A model generated the notes under the pieces. That model had not been told where the DNA came from, made no database searches, and was given only the letters and a program-made list of their open reading frames with translations. Both the position numbers and the translations under genes were made by a program. Shown in pieces: positions 39,974 to 48,474 of a stretch of DNA of 64,000 bases; within the stretch, counting starts at the first letter, position 1, and each line of letters starts with the position of its first letter. Source of the DNA: Spirochaetia bacterium (GTDB lineage: Bacteria > Spirochaetota > Spirochaetia > CADAEX01); contig CAXXHA010000001.1 of NCBI GenBank assembly GCA_963662265.2, positions 32,001 to 96,000 of the forward strand, given 5' to 3'.

Positions 39974-40813
39974 TTATTCAATCTCTTTTGCTTCTATCCA
40001 GATAACTGCATCCTGTGAAAGCTCTTTTCCATCGAATGTAAGTTCTCCGCCAGCACCAAGTGCAGCAAATCCCCAGAAACCGGCCCTGTTGGGAACAAAT
40101 GAAAAGTTTCCATTTTCATCTGCAATCAGGACTGCAGCACCATGTCCATCTTTTTTAATTTTCTTTTCACCTGTAAAAGCGTTGCTTTTCATATCGATAT
40201 CATAGTTGATATATTCTACTTCAATTTCAGCCCCTGCAACAGGATTTCCCCTGCCGTCTACAACAATACCTCTGAAAATTCCGCCTGCCCACACATCATA
40301 AGGTTTTACAAGAGGAAGTATTTCCGGGTACCCGTCTGCAACCCTGTCTGACCAGTCTGTTGCTATATCAGATTTATTAAGAATAACTTTTGTTATCTGC
40401 TGAATATAGATATCTTCAGCCCCTTCATAGTAGGGATGAGGGATTGCTGTAATTACCCAGTCGCCTGCGCCTCTGAATTTTGATTCTTTATTAAGAACAA
40501 AGTCATATGCAACACCTGAGTTCTCGAGTGATTTAAATTCAATTTCCTTAAGCTTATCTGCAGAATCTACAGTTTTACCTGCATGTGTTATATTAAGTTT
40601 TTCAATTCCCTTAACTTCCCCTTTTTCATTTTTACCAATATCCATTGTGTGGCCGGCATCAAAGGGATGTGTAAAGACAAGTTTCATTGGGACTTCTGTT
40701 GTACTTTCATCAATTACAAATGAATCTGTATGAACCAGCTGAAAATGCGCGAAAGCATTGGCGCCGCTAAAAACAAACATTAAAGCTGATAATATTAATA
40801 ATCCTTTTTTCAT
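39974..40813 (-). CDS. DUF4198-family exported metal-uptake protein (soluble paralog)
   Basis: AFA|HFQLV, FTHPFDAGHTMD, PYYEGAEDIYIQQITK, WGFAALG. Confidence 0.8.
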   Translation of the reverse strand: MKKGLLILSALMFVFSGANAFAHFQLVHTDSFVIDESTTEVPMKLVFTHPFDAGHTMDIGKNEKGEVKGIEKLNITHAGKTVDSADKLKEIEFKSLENSGVAYDFVLNKESKFRGAGDWVITAIPHPYYEGAEDIYIQQITKVILNKSDIATDWSDRVADGYPEILPLVKPYDVWAGGIFRGIVVDGRGNPVAGAEIEVEYINYDIDMKSNAFTGEKKIKKDGHGAAVLIADENGNFSFVPNRAGFWGFAALGAGGELTFDGKELSQDAVIWIEAKEIE

Positions 40814-40826
40814 TATATTACTCCTT

Positions 40827-41795
40827 TTATTTTTTCTTTTTTCTAAATACTGCTAAAGCAACAACTGCAACAAAAGCAATAACAATATAAATAACAGTAT
40901 TACTGCTCTTCTCTTCTTTTACTTCAGCTTTAGTATCTGCAGAAGGTACAGCTGCTGCTTCAACTTCAAGATTAGCAGCTTCTATCCACAACACTGCGTC
41001 TGAAGAAAGCTCTTTGCCGTCATGAGTCATTTCTCCACCTGCTCCAAGAGCTGCAAATCCCCAGTAGCCTTCTCGGGGTGGAATAAAGTCAAAACAACCT
41101 TCAGCGTTTGCAAGAATTACTGCCGCGCCGTGTCCGTCTTTTTTAATTTTCTTTTCCCCGGAAAACTTGTTTGCTGCCATATCAATATCGTAGTTCATAT
41201 ACTCAACCTCTATTTCAGCAAAAGGCACAGGCTGACCTTCAGAATCAACAACAACTCCGCTGAAAATTCCGCCTGCCCATACATCGTACGGTTTCACCAG
41301 GGGCAGTATTTCAGGATAACCGGGAGCAAGACGTTCCTGCCAGTCTGTCGCAATATCAGACTTGTTTATCATTACCTTTGTGATCTGCTGGATGTAGATA
41401 TCCTCAGCTCCCTCATAGTAGGGATGAGGAACCGCTACAAACACCCAGTCACCGCTTCCTCTCAGCCCGAATTCTTTGTTGAATGTAAAATCAAATGCTG
41501 CTCCTGAATTTTCAAGAGATGCGAATTCAATTTCTTTCAAGCCGGGTTTGATATCTGTTTTTTTCCCTTTATGAACAACAAAGAATTCCTCAAAACCTTT
41601 TACTTCACCAGATTCGTTTTTTCCGATATCCATTGTATGGCCGGCATCAAACGGATGAGTAAAAACCATTTTAAAATCAACTTCTTTCACATCTTCTGCG
41701 ATTTTTGATACAGGTGTATATATCAACTGAAAATGTGAATAAGCTGAAGTAACAGAAAAAAGCAGAAAAACTGCGAGCAATTTAACTATTTTCAT
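40827..41795 (-). CDS. DUF4198-family exported metal-uptake protein (C-terminally anchored paralog)
   Basis: AYS|HFQLI, same motifs as its neighbour, plus linker, TM and RKKKK. Confidence 0.8.
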   Translation of the reverse strand: MKIVKLLAVFLLFSVTSAYSHFQLIYTPVSKIAEDVKEVDFKMVFTHPFDAGHTMDIGKNESGEVKGFEEFFVVHKGKKTDIKPGLKEIEFASLENSGAAFDFTFNKEFGLRGSGDWVFVAVPHPYYEGAEDIYIQQITKVMINKSDIATDWQERLAPGYPEILPLVKPYDVWAGGIFSGVVVDSEGQPVPFAEIEVEYMNYDIDMAANKFSGEKKIKKDGHGAAVILANAEGCFDFIPPREGYWGFAALGAGGEMTHDGKELSSDAVLWIEAANLEVEAAAVPSADTKAEVKEEKSSNTVIYIVIAFVAVVALAVFRKKKK

Positions 41796-41928
41796 TCTGT
41801 ACCCTCCTTAAAAAATATTTTTATTAAATAATTTATTTTCATCACCACATAATTATTTTTTATGAGGTGAAGAAATCCATATTATAAAGCAAACCGATAT
41901 CAGCCTTTCACCTTTATAAAACCCACTA

Positions 41929-42483
41929 CTACTTTTTCTTTAAAACAAGGATGAGAAGACACATATTTATAAGGCTTACTACAAGTGCAATAATACTTAC
42001 AACAGGAGTTCCTGTATCAGGCATTGCCGCAGCTGTATCCAGGGGAGTCCAGTCCACAGGGGCCTGACTGCCGGAAGAGGATGATTCAGCACTTTTTTCT
42101 GCAGAACTGCCTGAAGATTCGTTTTCTGAAACTTCTGAACCTGCACCGAATCCACCGGGAGGAACAGGTCCCTCTTTTGTAACAACATGGCCGGGGCCGG
42201 CATCAAATGTAATAGTGTATGGCTCACCCGGTATATCAAGGTCCATTTCACTTATATCGGGGAGTTCACCTTCCCATAATGTTTTTCCTGTTTTTATGCT
42301 TTTTACATAAATCGCTACACCTGCAGCGCTTGAACCGTTTGAAAATCCACCCTGAACAAAAACTGTTCCATCGCCATTATCCTCAATGTAAAGAATGGGG
42401 GTATGGGCAAAAACTCCGGAAACAACAACAGCTGCCATAAAAACCACAATTAATAATCTTTTTTTGCATGCAGTCAGATTCAT
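41929..42483 (-). CDS. Exported 'HTP...FDAGPGH' family protein, anchored (paralog 2)
   Basis: VFA|HTPILYIEDNGDGT..GGFSNG, Ser-rich linker, C-terminal TM + KKK. Confidence 0.75.
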   Translation of the reverse strand: MNLTACKKRLLIVVFMAAVVVSGVFAHTPILYIEDNGDGTVFVQGGFSNGSSAAGVAIYVKSIKTGKTLWEGELPDISEMDLDIPGEPYTITFDAGPGHVVTKEGPVPPGGFGAGSEVSENESSGSSAEKSAESSSSGSQAPVDWTPLDTAAAMPDTGTPVVSIIALVVSLINMCLLILVLKKK

Positions 42484-42718
42484 TATTTAAACTCCTTTTA
42501 TATACAGACAGGTTTATTAAGTAGTCATATCCCTGCTTTAATTTCTCAGCAAAACAGACACATATAAAGCTCTGCAATACACCTGCATCTGTTTTAATTT
42601 GTTTTCAGGATCATCATCTATCAGCATACGGAGGTAATTCCGCAACAGCAATTTCAGATCCTGCAGTACAGACTGAAAGACTTCCATACTGTTTATACAG
42701 ACTGATAGAGGCCTGTTG

Positions 42719-45610
42719 TCAGAATCCAAGCAGAGTTCCGACCTGATACACAATTACAGCTATAATCCCTCCAAGAGCTACCGGGTAAACAACAGAAAAT
42801 GCCATCCACAGCCAGCTGCCAGTCTCGCTTTTTATAGTCATCATTACAGCGACACAGGGAGGGAACAACGCGATCAGAAGCATTATTACAAGACCATCCA
42901 ATGCACTGAGGCCTGTTTCGCCACCCTTAATTCTTTCTTCAAGCTGACTGCCGTCATCACCGCTTCCCGACTCAACGCTGTATATTGTTCCGAGAGTCGA
43001 GACAAGAGCTTCCTTCGCAGCAAAAGCGCCGAGCACAGCAACATTCACCCTCCAGTCAAATCCTGCAAGCCGGCTTACAGGCTCAAAAAACTTGCCGGTT
43101 CTTCCGAGAACAGATGATTCAAGAATTTCTTTTTTATATTCTCTTCTTAGCAGTTTCAAATCGGCATTAACAGAGCGGAGTACTTTTGCAGTCTTTTTAG
43201 CGTCACTATCAAGAACAGTATCACCTTTGATTTTCAAATCACCTGTCCTGACAATTGCAAAGAAATACGGATTAGCCTTCATCCATTTTGTATAGAAATC
43301 TGATTTAACCAGATCCCTGCTGCTTTCAGATGCATTGCTGTAACTTTCCTTAAACATATCAAAATCTTTTTCATATGATTCAAGATATGACTCAAAAAGC
43401 GGCATATTTTCCCCGAGAAAGATTTTCCCTTTAAGAACAATTTTTGCAAACTCGGGATTTTCGAGGAAAAACCTCGAGTTGATCTGTTTCCTGACTTTTT
43501 CAGATTTCAGAAGATTCATGGCGCTGGCAATTTTATACTTTTCTTCAAACTGCATATAATCAACAAGCTGCTTTTCTGATGCTATATACTTTGTATAGGG
43601 ATTTGACAGCTTTATACCGAATTCCTCAATCTTCCTTTCCTGTTCAGTAAAATACCTGCTTTCCGCTTCACTGCTAATACCAGGAAAAGTTATTCCGGCC
43701 CAGATAACAACAGAAACAGCAATAACAATAGTCACAACCTTCTGAATAAAATGCCAGAGTCTTTCCCAGGTTCTGACAACTATTCCGCTTAATGTCGGAA
43801 GATTGAAGGAAGGAAGCTCAAGAACAAAAGGTTCAACCTCTCCGTGAATAACATATGTACTGAGGAATTTCGCAACCAGAAGGGCAGTAATAAGGGTAAA
43901 AAAAGATAATCCTCCCAGAATAAGCCACTGGCTGTTTACAAAAAAGATACTTGTTATAAGCACATAAAACGGGATCTTCGCCATGCAGTTAAGAAGAGGA
44001 AGTATAAGTATTGTAACAAGACGTGATTTATTATCCCTGATAGTCCTGGTTGACATTACACCGGGGACAACACACCCTCCCATAATAACACCGGAGAGTA
44101 TCATGGGCAGAGTTGACTGCCCGTGAAGACCGAACTTCCTCAAGATCCTGTCCATAATAAAGGCAATTCTTGCCATATACCCGACATCTTCCAGAAATGC
44201 GACAAGAGCAAACAGGCAAAGAAATATGGGAAGGTAGTTTAGAATCATTATCGCGCCGTCTATTACACCATTAAGGAGAAGCCCCCTGAGAAGTCCCCCT
44301 TCAACAATGCCGTCAGGAGGAATAAGCTGCGACACAACTGATCTGAAAAACTGGAAAACAGGAAATACCTTGTCTGTCATCCTGTATCCGAGTATTACAG
44401 TTATCCAGTAGAACACAAGAATCAGTTCAAGCAGGATAAGTGGTCCGTAAACCCTGTGACACAGCACCTGGTCAACCCTGTCTGTCCTGTTGACAGACAA
44501 TCCCTCTCTGTAAATTTTCAAAGCTCCGTATGTAAACAGGACTGAGAAAAATGAGGAAAAAAACCATCTGAAGAGATTATAATTTCCCGGATTATCAAAA
44601 ACCGCTATCCAGGAAAATGAAAAGTTTCTTAAAAACCCGAAAACACTATCAACAATACTGTTCAGAATAAACACAGAAACAAAACACAGGATTCCCATGC
44701 CTATTGAAAGGAAGGCTTTTTCCCTGGTCCTGTTTTTTTCAATAGATTGATCATCCAGCTCAATTTTTTTAACACATTTTTTTACTATTCTTTTGGCAGC
44801 AAAAGATCTGGCAAGCGCAATTTCTATCTCGAAACTGTGGCCGTGTTCTTTTTTATGTTCTTCCTCAAGCTTGTCGACAAGAGACAGAATAGAGTCAAAA
44901 TCTGAAAAATTCTCCCGCTGCTCCTTAATAACTTTCTCATCATGCTCTATCAGCTTTACTGCAAGCCATTTTAAAGGCAGATCCCTGTCAATTCTCTCAT
45001 TACCCTCAAGAGCAGCTTCAATCTTCCTTATCTGGGGTTCCATTCTTTCACTGTAATCAAGCTGATAAGGATTTATATCTATATTCTTGCGGTAAACATC
45101 ACGAATTACATTTTTGAGATCATCTATATACTGTTTTTTCTTTGCACTTCCGGAAATTACAGGAATACCAAGTTCCTTTTCCAGAAGTTTACTGTCTACC
45201 AGAAGACCGCTGCTTTCCGCTACATCCATTTTGTTCAAGTACATTACAACAGGTCGCCCCATTTCAAGAATCTGAAATGTAAGATAAAGCTGTCTTTCAA
45301 GATTTGAACCATCAGCAATATTGACAATTACTTCAGGCTTTTCATTTAAAATAAAATCACGGGAAACTCTTTCCTCTGGAGAATATGAAGTAAGGCTGTA
45401 TGTCCCCGGAAGGTCAGTAATACAAACCTCGCTCCCGTTGTATGTATATTCTCCGGTCTTTTTCTCAACAGTTATACCGGGGTAGTTTGCAACATGCTGC
45501 CTTGCCCCTGTCATCATATTAAAAAGTGTCGATTTGCCTGAATTAGGCTGCCCTGCAAAAGCTATATTACAACTGTTAACTGCTGTGGTAATTTCTGAAG
45601 TATTACTCAT
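42719..45610 (-). CDS. feoB: Ferrous iron transporter FeoB (long form, 963 aa)
   Basis: GQPNSGKS, NYPGITVE, DLPGTYSL, NKMD, LEDVGYMARIAF, FVLELP, AAKEALVSTL, PPCVA. Confidence 0.95.
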   Translation of the reverse strand: MSNTSEITTAVNSCNIAFAGQPNSGKSTLFNMMTGARQHVANYPGITVEKKTGEYTYNGSEVCITDLPGTYSLTSYSPEERVSRDFILNEKPEVIVNIADGSNLERQLYLTFQILEMGRPVVMYLNKMDVAESSGLLVDSKLLEKELGIPVISGSAKKKQYIDDLKNVIRDVYRKNIDINPYQLDYSERMEPQIRKIEAALEGNERIDRDLPLKWLAVKLIEHDEKVIKEQRENFSDFDSILSLVDKLEEEHKKEHGHSFEIEIALARSFAAKRIVKKCVKKIELDDQSIEKNRTREKAFLSIGMGILCFVSVFILNSIVDSVFGFLRNFSFSWIAVFDNPGNYNLFRWFFSSFFSVLFTYGALKIYREGLSVNRTDRVDQVLCHRVYGPLILLELILVFYWITVILGYRMTDKVFPVFQFFRSVVSQLIPPDGIVEGGLLRGLLLNGVIDGAIMILNYLPIFLCLFALVAFLEDVGYMARIAFIMDRILRKFGLHGQSTLPMILSGVIMGGCVVPGVMSTRTIRDNKSRLVTILILPLLNCMAKIPFYVLITSIFFVNSQWLILGGLSFFTLITALLVAKFLSTYVIHGEVEPFVLELPSFNLPTLSGIVVRTWERLWHFIQKVVTIVIAVSVVIWAGITFPGISSEAESRYFTEQERKIEEFGIKLSNPYTKYIASEKQLVDYMQFEEKYKIASAMNLLKSEKVRKQINSRFFLENPEFAKIVLKGKIFLGENMPLFESYLESYEKDFDMFKESYSNASESSRDLVKSDFYTKWMKANPYFFAIVRTGDLKIKGDTVLDSDAKKTAKVLRSVNADLKLLRREYKKEILESSVLGRTGKFFEPVSRLAGFDWRVNVAVLGAFAAKEALVSTLGTIYSVESGSGDDGSQLEERIKGGETGLSALDGLVIMLLIALFPPCVAVMMTIKSETGSWLWMAFSVVYPVALGGIIAVIVYQVGTLLGF

Positions 45611-45846
45611 AATACCTCTACCTTTATCTGTTTTGCCTCATTTTCTCTTATAGCAACTTTAGATCCGCAGACCATTACATCAAACGGATCAAGAAAAGGA
45701 GCTCTTCTTACAACAACAGCCTCTTCTCCGGGAGTAAAACCGAGACTGACAAGTCTCTGCAGAGTAATACCTGAAACAGCTATTTCCCTGATAACACATT
45801 TTTCCCCCTGTTTCATCTCATTAAGTGTACTCATTATATTTCCCAT
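45607..45846 (-). CDS. feoA: FeoA
   Basis: RLVSLGFTPG, APFLDP, VAIRENEA. Confidence 0.9.
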   Translation of the reverse strand: MGNIMSTLNEMKQGEKCVIREIAVSGITLQRLVSLGFTPGEEAVVVRRAPFLDPFDVMVCGSKVAIRENEAKQIKVEVL

Positions 45847-45852
45847 CTCCTT

Positions 45853-46083
45853 CTACAAAGGCTGTACCATGATTTTTACAGCCAGATTATAGTCAATTGC
45901 ATATCTTGAGCCATTTACGCTTACAAGGACAGGTCCGTTAATATCTGCCTGTGACGTAACAACAGAAAGCGGAGTATTTATATCAATCCCCATACTTCTT
46001 ATCCTTGTAAAACTGCTTCCATTTTCTTCAAAAAATTTAACAACAGCATTATCACCGGACTGCAGCATAATTAATGGCAGCAT
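45853..46083 (-). CDS. feoA: FeoA (second copy)
   Basis: RIRSMGI, GPVLVSVNGSRYAI...A.KIMV. Start ATG 46083 after GGAGGAG. Confidence 0.85.
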   Translation of the reverse strand: MLPLIMLQSGDNAVVKFFEENGSSFTRIRSMGIDINTPLSVVTSQADINGPVLVSVNGSRYAIDYNLAVKIMVQPL

Positions 46084-46144
46084 ACCTGTCTCCTCCCCGT
46101 AAGTTATACGAACAAAATGCATCTATTACAGAACACTAGCTCAT

Positions 46145-46180
46145 TATTACTTTTCTAATATTATTAGTCAAGACTAATAA
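46145..46180. promoter_or_regulatory. DtxR-type box upstream of feoAAB
   Basis: TTATTAGTC-AA-GACTAATAA (46161-46180) with a CTAA half-site 19 bp away (46155). Confidence 0.8.
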
Positions 46181-46359
46181 TAAGGCAAAAAAATCACCAT
46201 ACCCCTGCGGATTCTTACTTACAACTCTTACAGGACATATGATTACAAATACAGCCGGGACTAAACTCCCGGCTAAGCATCATTTCATGAATTATCAGAG
46301 CCTGCCAATCTTTAAAATATCCTGAATCAATCAACTCTCAAAACAGGGAATCTGATGAA

Positions 46360-46791
46360 TTATTCTTCACCCCTGAGTTTGTTTTCCCATTTTCTTATCT
46401 TCTTCTTATTCTCTTTAATAGCAGTTTCCCAGTCCTCTTTCTCCTCATCCATAAGCTTCGGACCTTTTACAGTTGCGATATGCCCGGGACCTGCATCAAA
46501 AACAACAACATACTTTGAAGCGGAAGGCTTGACAATTTCCATACAACCTGTTTCATCGAGACTGCCTGCAAAAAGGATTTTTTTCCCCTCCCAGCTTTTT
46601 TCAGATCCTGTATAAGCTTTATCTTCAACAATCAGCACCGGAAGCCGGGAAGCTGATGCCCCGTTGGAAAATCCCCCTTCAATAAATATTGTACCGTCTT
46701 CATTATCTTCAATAAATAAAAGAGGTGTATGCGCCCATACGCATACAATGCTGAAAAACAGCAGCGCTGAACATATTGCAAACTTCTTCAT
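46360..46791 (-). CDS. Exported 'HTP...FDAGPGH' family protein, unanchored (paralog 3)
   Basis: VWA|HTPLLFIEDNEDGT..EGGFSNG...FDAGPGH; charged C-terminal helix, no TM. Confidence 0.75.
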   Translation of the reverse strand: MKKFAICSALLFFSIVCVWAHTPLLFIEDNEDGTIFIEGGFSNGASASRLPVLIVEDKAYTGSEKSWEGKKILFAGSLDETGCMEIVKPSASKYVVVFDAGPGHIATVKGPKLMDEEKEDWETAIKENKKKIRKWENKLRGEE

Positions 46792-46793
46792 AA

Positions 46794-47303
46794 TTATTCT
46801 CCTTCATAATCTGTTTCAACTGCCTGAATAATGCATTCAAGAACTGCAGCCGAAGTTATTGTAGCGCCGGAAACATCATCTATACCGCAACCATCAAATT
46901 CATACTTGTTATACGGCACATTGCTGCAGTCAAGGCCAATAAACTGATCAAGCCAGCTTTCTTTCAGGCATTTTCCTGCAATTTCCGGAGTTTCTTTTTT
47001 TGCCTCATAGGCAATCACTTTGTTTATTTTTTTTTCATTATCAAGACAGATAAGACATTTCACAGGACCGGCATACCCTTTCTCACTGCCGAAATAGGCA
47101 TATCCGAGAAGGTTGCTGCTTTTATCGCTGATTCTGTAATAAACAGATTTGCCTGATTTTATTTCATCAATACTTTTTGTGTGTTTAAAAACATATTTAA
47201 TTCTCTGAACAGAAAACCTGTCCAGAGAATTCACAGGAAATATTAAACATAAGATGAACAAAACTGAAAATAATACTGTTATTAGTTTTTTCCGATTATT
47301 CAT
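46794..47303 (-). CDS. FMN-binding (flavinylated) exported protein, RnfG/NqrC-like FMN_bind domain
   Basis: N-terminal TM/signal, GYAGP, ETP, flavinylation motif DDVSGATITS. Start ATG 47303 after AGGAG. Confidence 0.8.
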   Translation of the reverse strand: MNNRKKLITVLFSVLFILCLIFPVNSLDRFSVQRIKYVFKHTKSIDEIKSGKSVYYRISDKSSNLLGYAYFGSEKGYAGPVKCLICLDNEKKINKVIAYEAKKETPEIAGKCLKESWLDQFIGLDCSNVPYNKYEFDGCGIDDVSGATITSAAVLECIIQAVETDYEGE

Positions 47304-47322
47304 GCCTTGACTTCTCCTGTTT

Positions 47323-48279
47323 TTAAAGAGAACTGAAAGCTTCAATCCATTTTGTGAGGATTTCAGGATACTCAAAAACATCAGATCCGATAAACCACGG
47401 AAGGTCTGTGATAATTTTATTATTTTTAATTGCAGGGATATCTCCGAGTTCAGGATTTTTTGAGACAGCTTTATCAATAGCTTTTACAAGACCTTCTCTG
47501 GCTCCGAAAAGAACAATAACATCAGGATTTGCTTCTTTCAGAACAGAAAGATCAAGAACAGGAAAATAACCTTTAACAATCTGGTTTTTGTTTGTATTAA
47601 GCTTGTCACTTATATTTGAACAGCCGAATGGCTCAAGAAAGTATTGATCTGTATAAAATCCTTTTGATTCTGCGCTGATAAATATTCTGCCTGTATCAGC
47701 CTTTTCAATACCTCTCAGCACTACTACATTCGTACCTGGGTTTACAGAACTGATCTTTTTTTCCGCTGCCGCAAGATCTCTCCTGTATTTTTTTACAAGT
47801 TTTTTACCCTCTTTTTCCTTTCCGAAATATTCAGCAACAGCCATTATTCCCTCTTCCGGACTTTCGGAGAAATCAAAAGTTTCTATTTTTACATTTTTGT
47901 CTTTGATAACTGGAACTATCTTCATACAGTCTGCTTTCTTCATGAGAACACAGAAGTTGTCATTTTTCTCAACAAGTACTGTATCAAGACTGTATTTATC
48001 AATCATTGCGGGAAGAATAGTCTTGTCCTTCATTGTTACTTTAACAGGACAACCGACAAGTTTGGCAGGATATTCTTTTGCCTTTGGCCACTGGCTGGCT
48101 CTTACCGACATGACTTTCGGCATATACCCGAGCCTTGCTGCAACATTCATTACCCTGTCGCCTACAACAGCAGCATTAATTGTCTCATATACTGCTTTAT
48201 CAGCACTTTCTGAATCTTCAACTGTAGCACATCCGGCAAGCAGAATAACTGCTGCCAGCAATATTATACTTTTTTTCAA
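47323..48279 (-). CDS. Lipoprotein, helical-backbone (iron/siderophore-type) substrate-binding protein
   Basis: Lipobox LAGC; ANPDVIV and IPAIKNNKI motifs. Confidence 0.7.
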   Translation of the reverse strand: MKKSIILLAAVILLAGCATVEDSESADKAVYETINAAVVGDRVMNVAARLGYMPKVMSVRASQWPKAKEYPAKLVGCPVKVTMKDKTILPAMIDKYSLDTVLVEKNDNFCVLMKKADCMKIVPVIKDKNVKIETFDFSESPEEGIMAVAEYFGKEKEGKKLVKKYRRDLAAAEKKISSVNPGTNVVVLRGIEKADTGRIFISAESKGFYTDQYFLEPFGCSNISDKLNTNKNQIVKGYFPVLDLSVLKEANPDVIVLFGAREGLVKAIDKAVSKNPELGDIPAIKNNKIITDLPWFIGSDVFEYPEILTKWIEAFSSL

Positions 48280-48292
48280 AATAAAAACCCCT

Positions 48293-48329
48293 TATTAGAC
48301 TGGTATTTAATTATTAGATGCATCTAATT
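48293..48329. promoter_or_regulatory. DtxR-type box upstream of SBP-FMN-HTP operon
   Basis: ATTAGATGCATCTAAT perfect palindrome (48313-48328); TTAG half-site 19 bp away (48295). Confidence 0.8.
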
Positions 48330-48474
48330 CATAATGTCTAATAAAACAATTTTACTCAAGCGTTATTGCATTTTTTTTGATAGATAAAAGATAAAAACCC
48401 GCTATTTTTTATAAGGAAAAAATTCCACATGTCAGAAGATTATTATTTGAGCATTAAACCAGGTAAAGATATAT

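Noticed and set aside
8106-48330. Fur boxes (GATAATGATAATCATTATC)
   Set aside because: No convincing match noticed in the promoter regions; the recurring palindrome is of the DtxR/MntR type.
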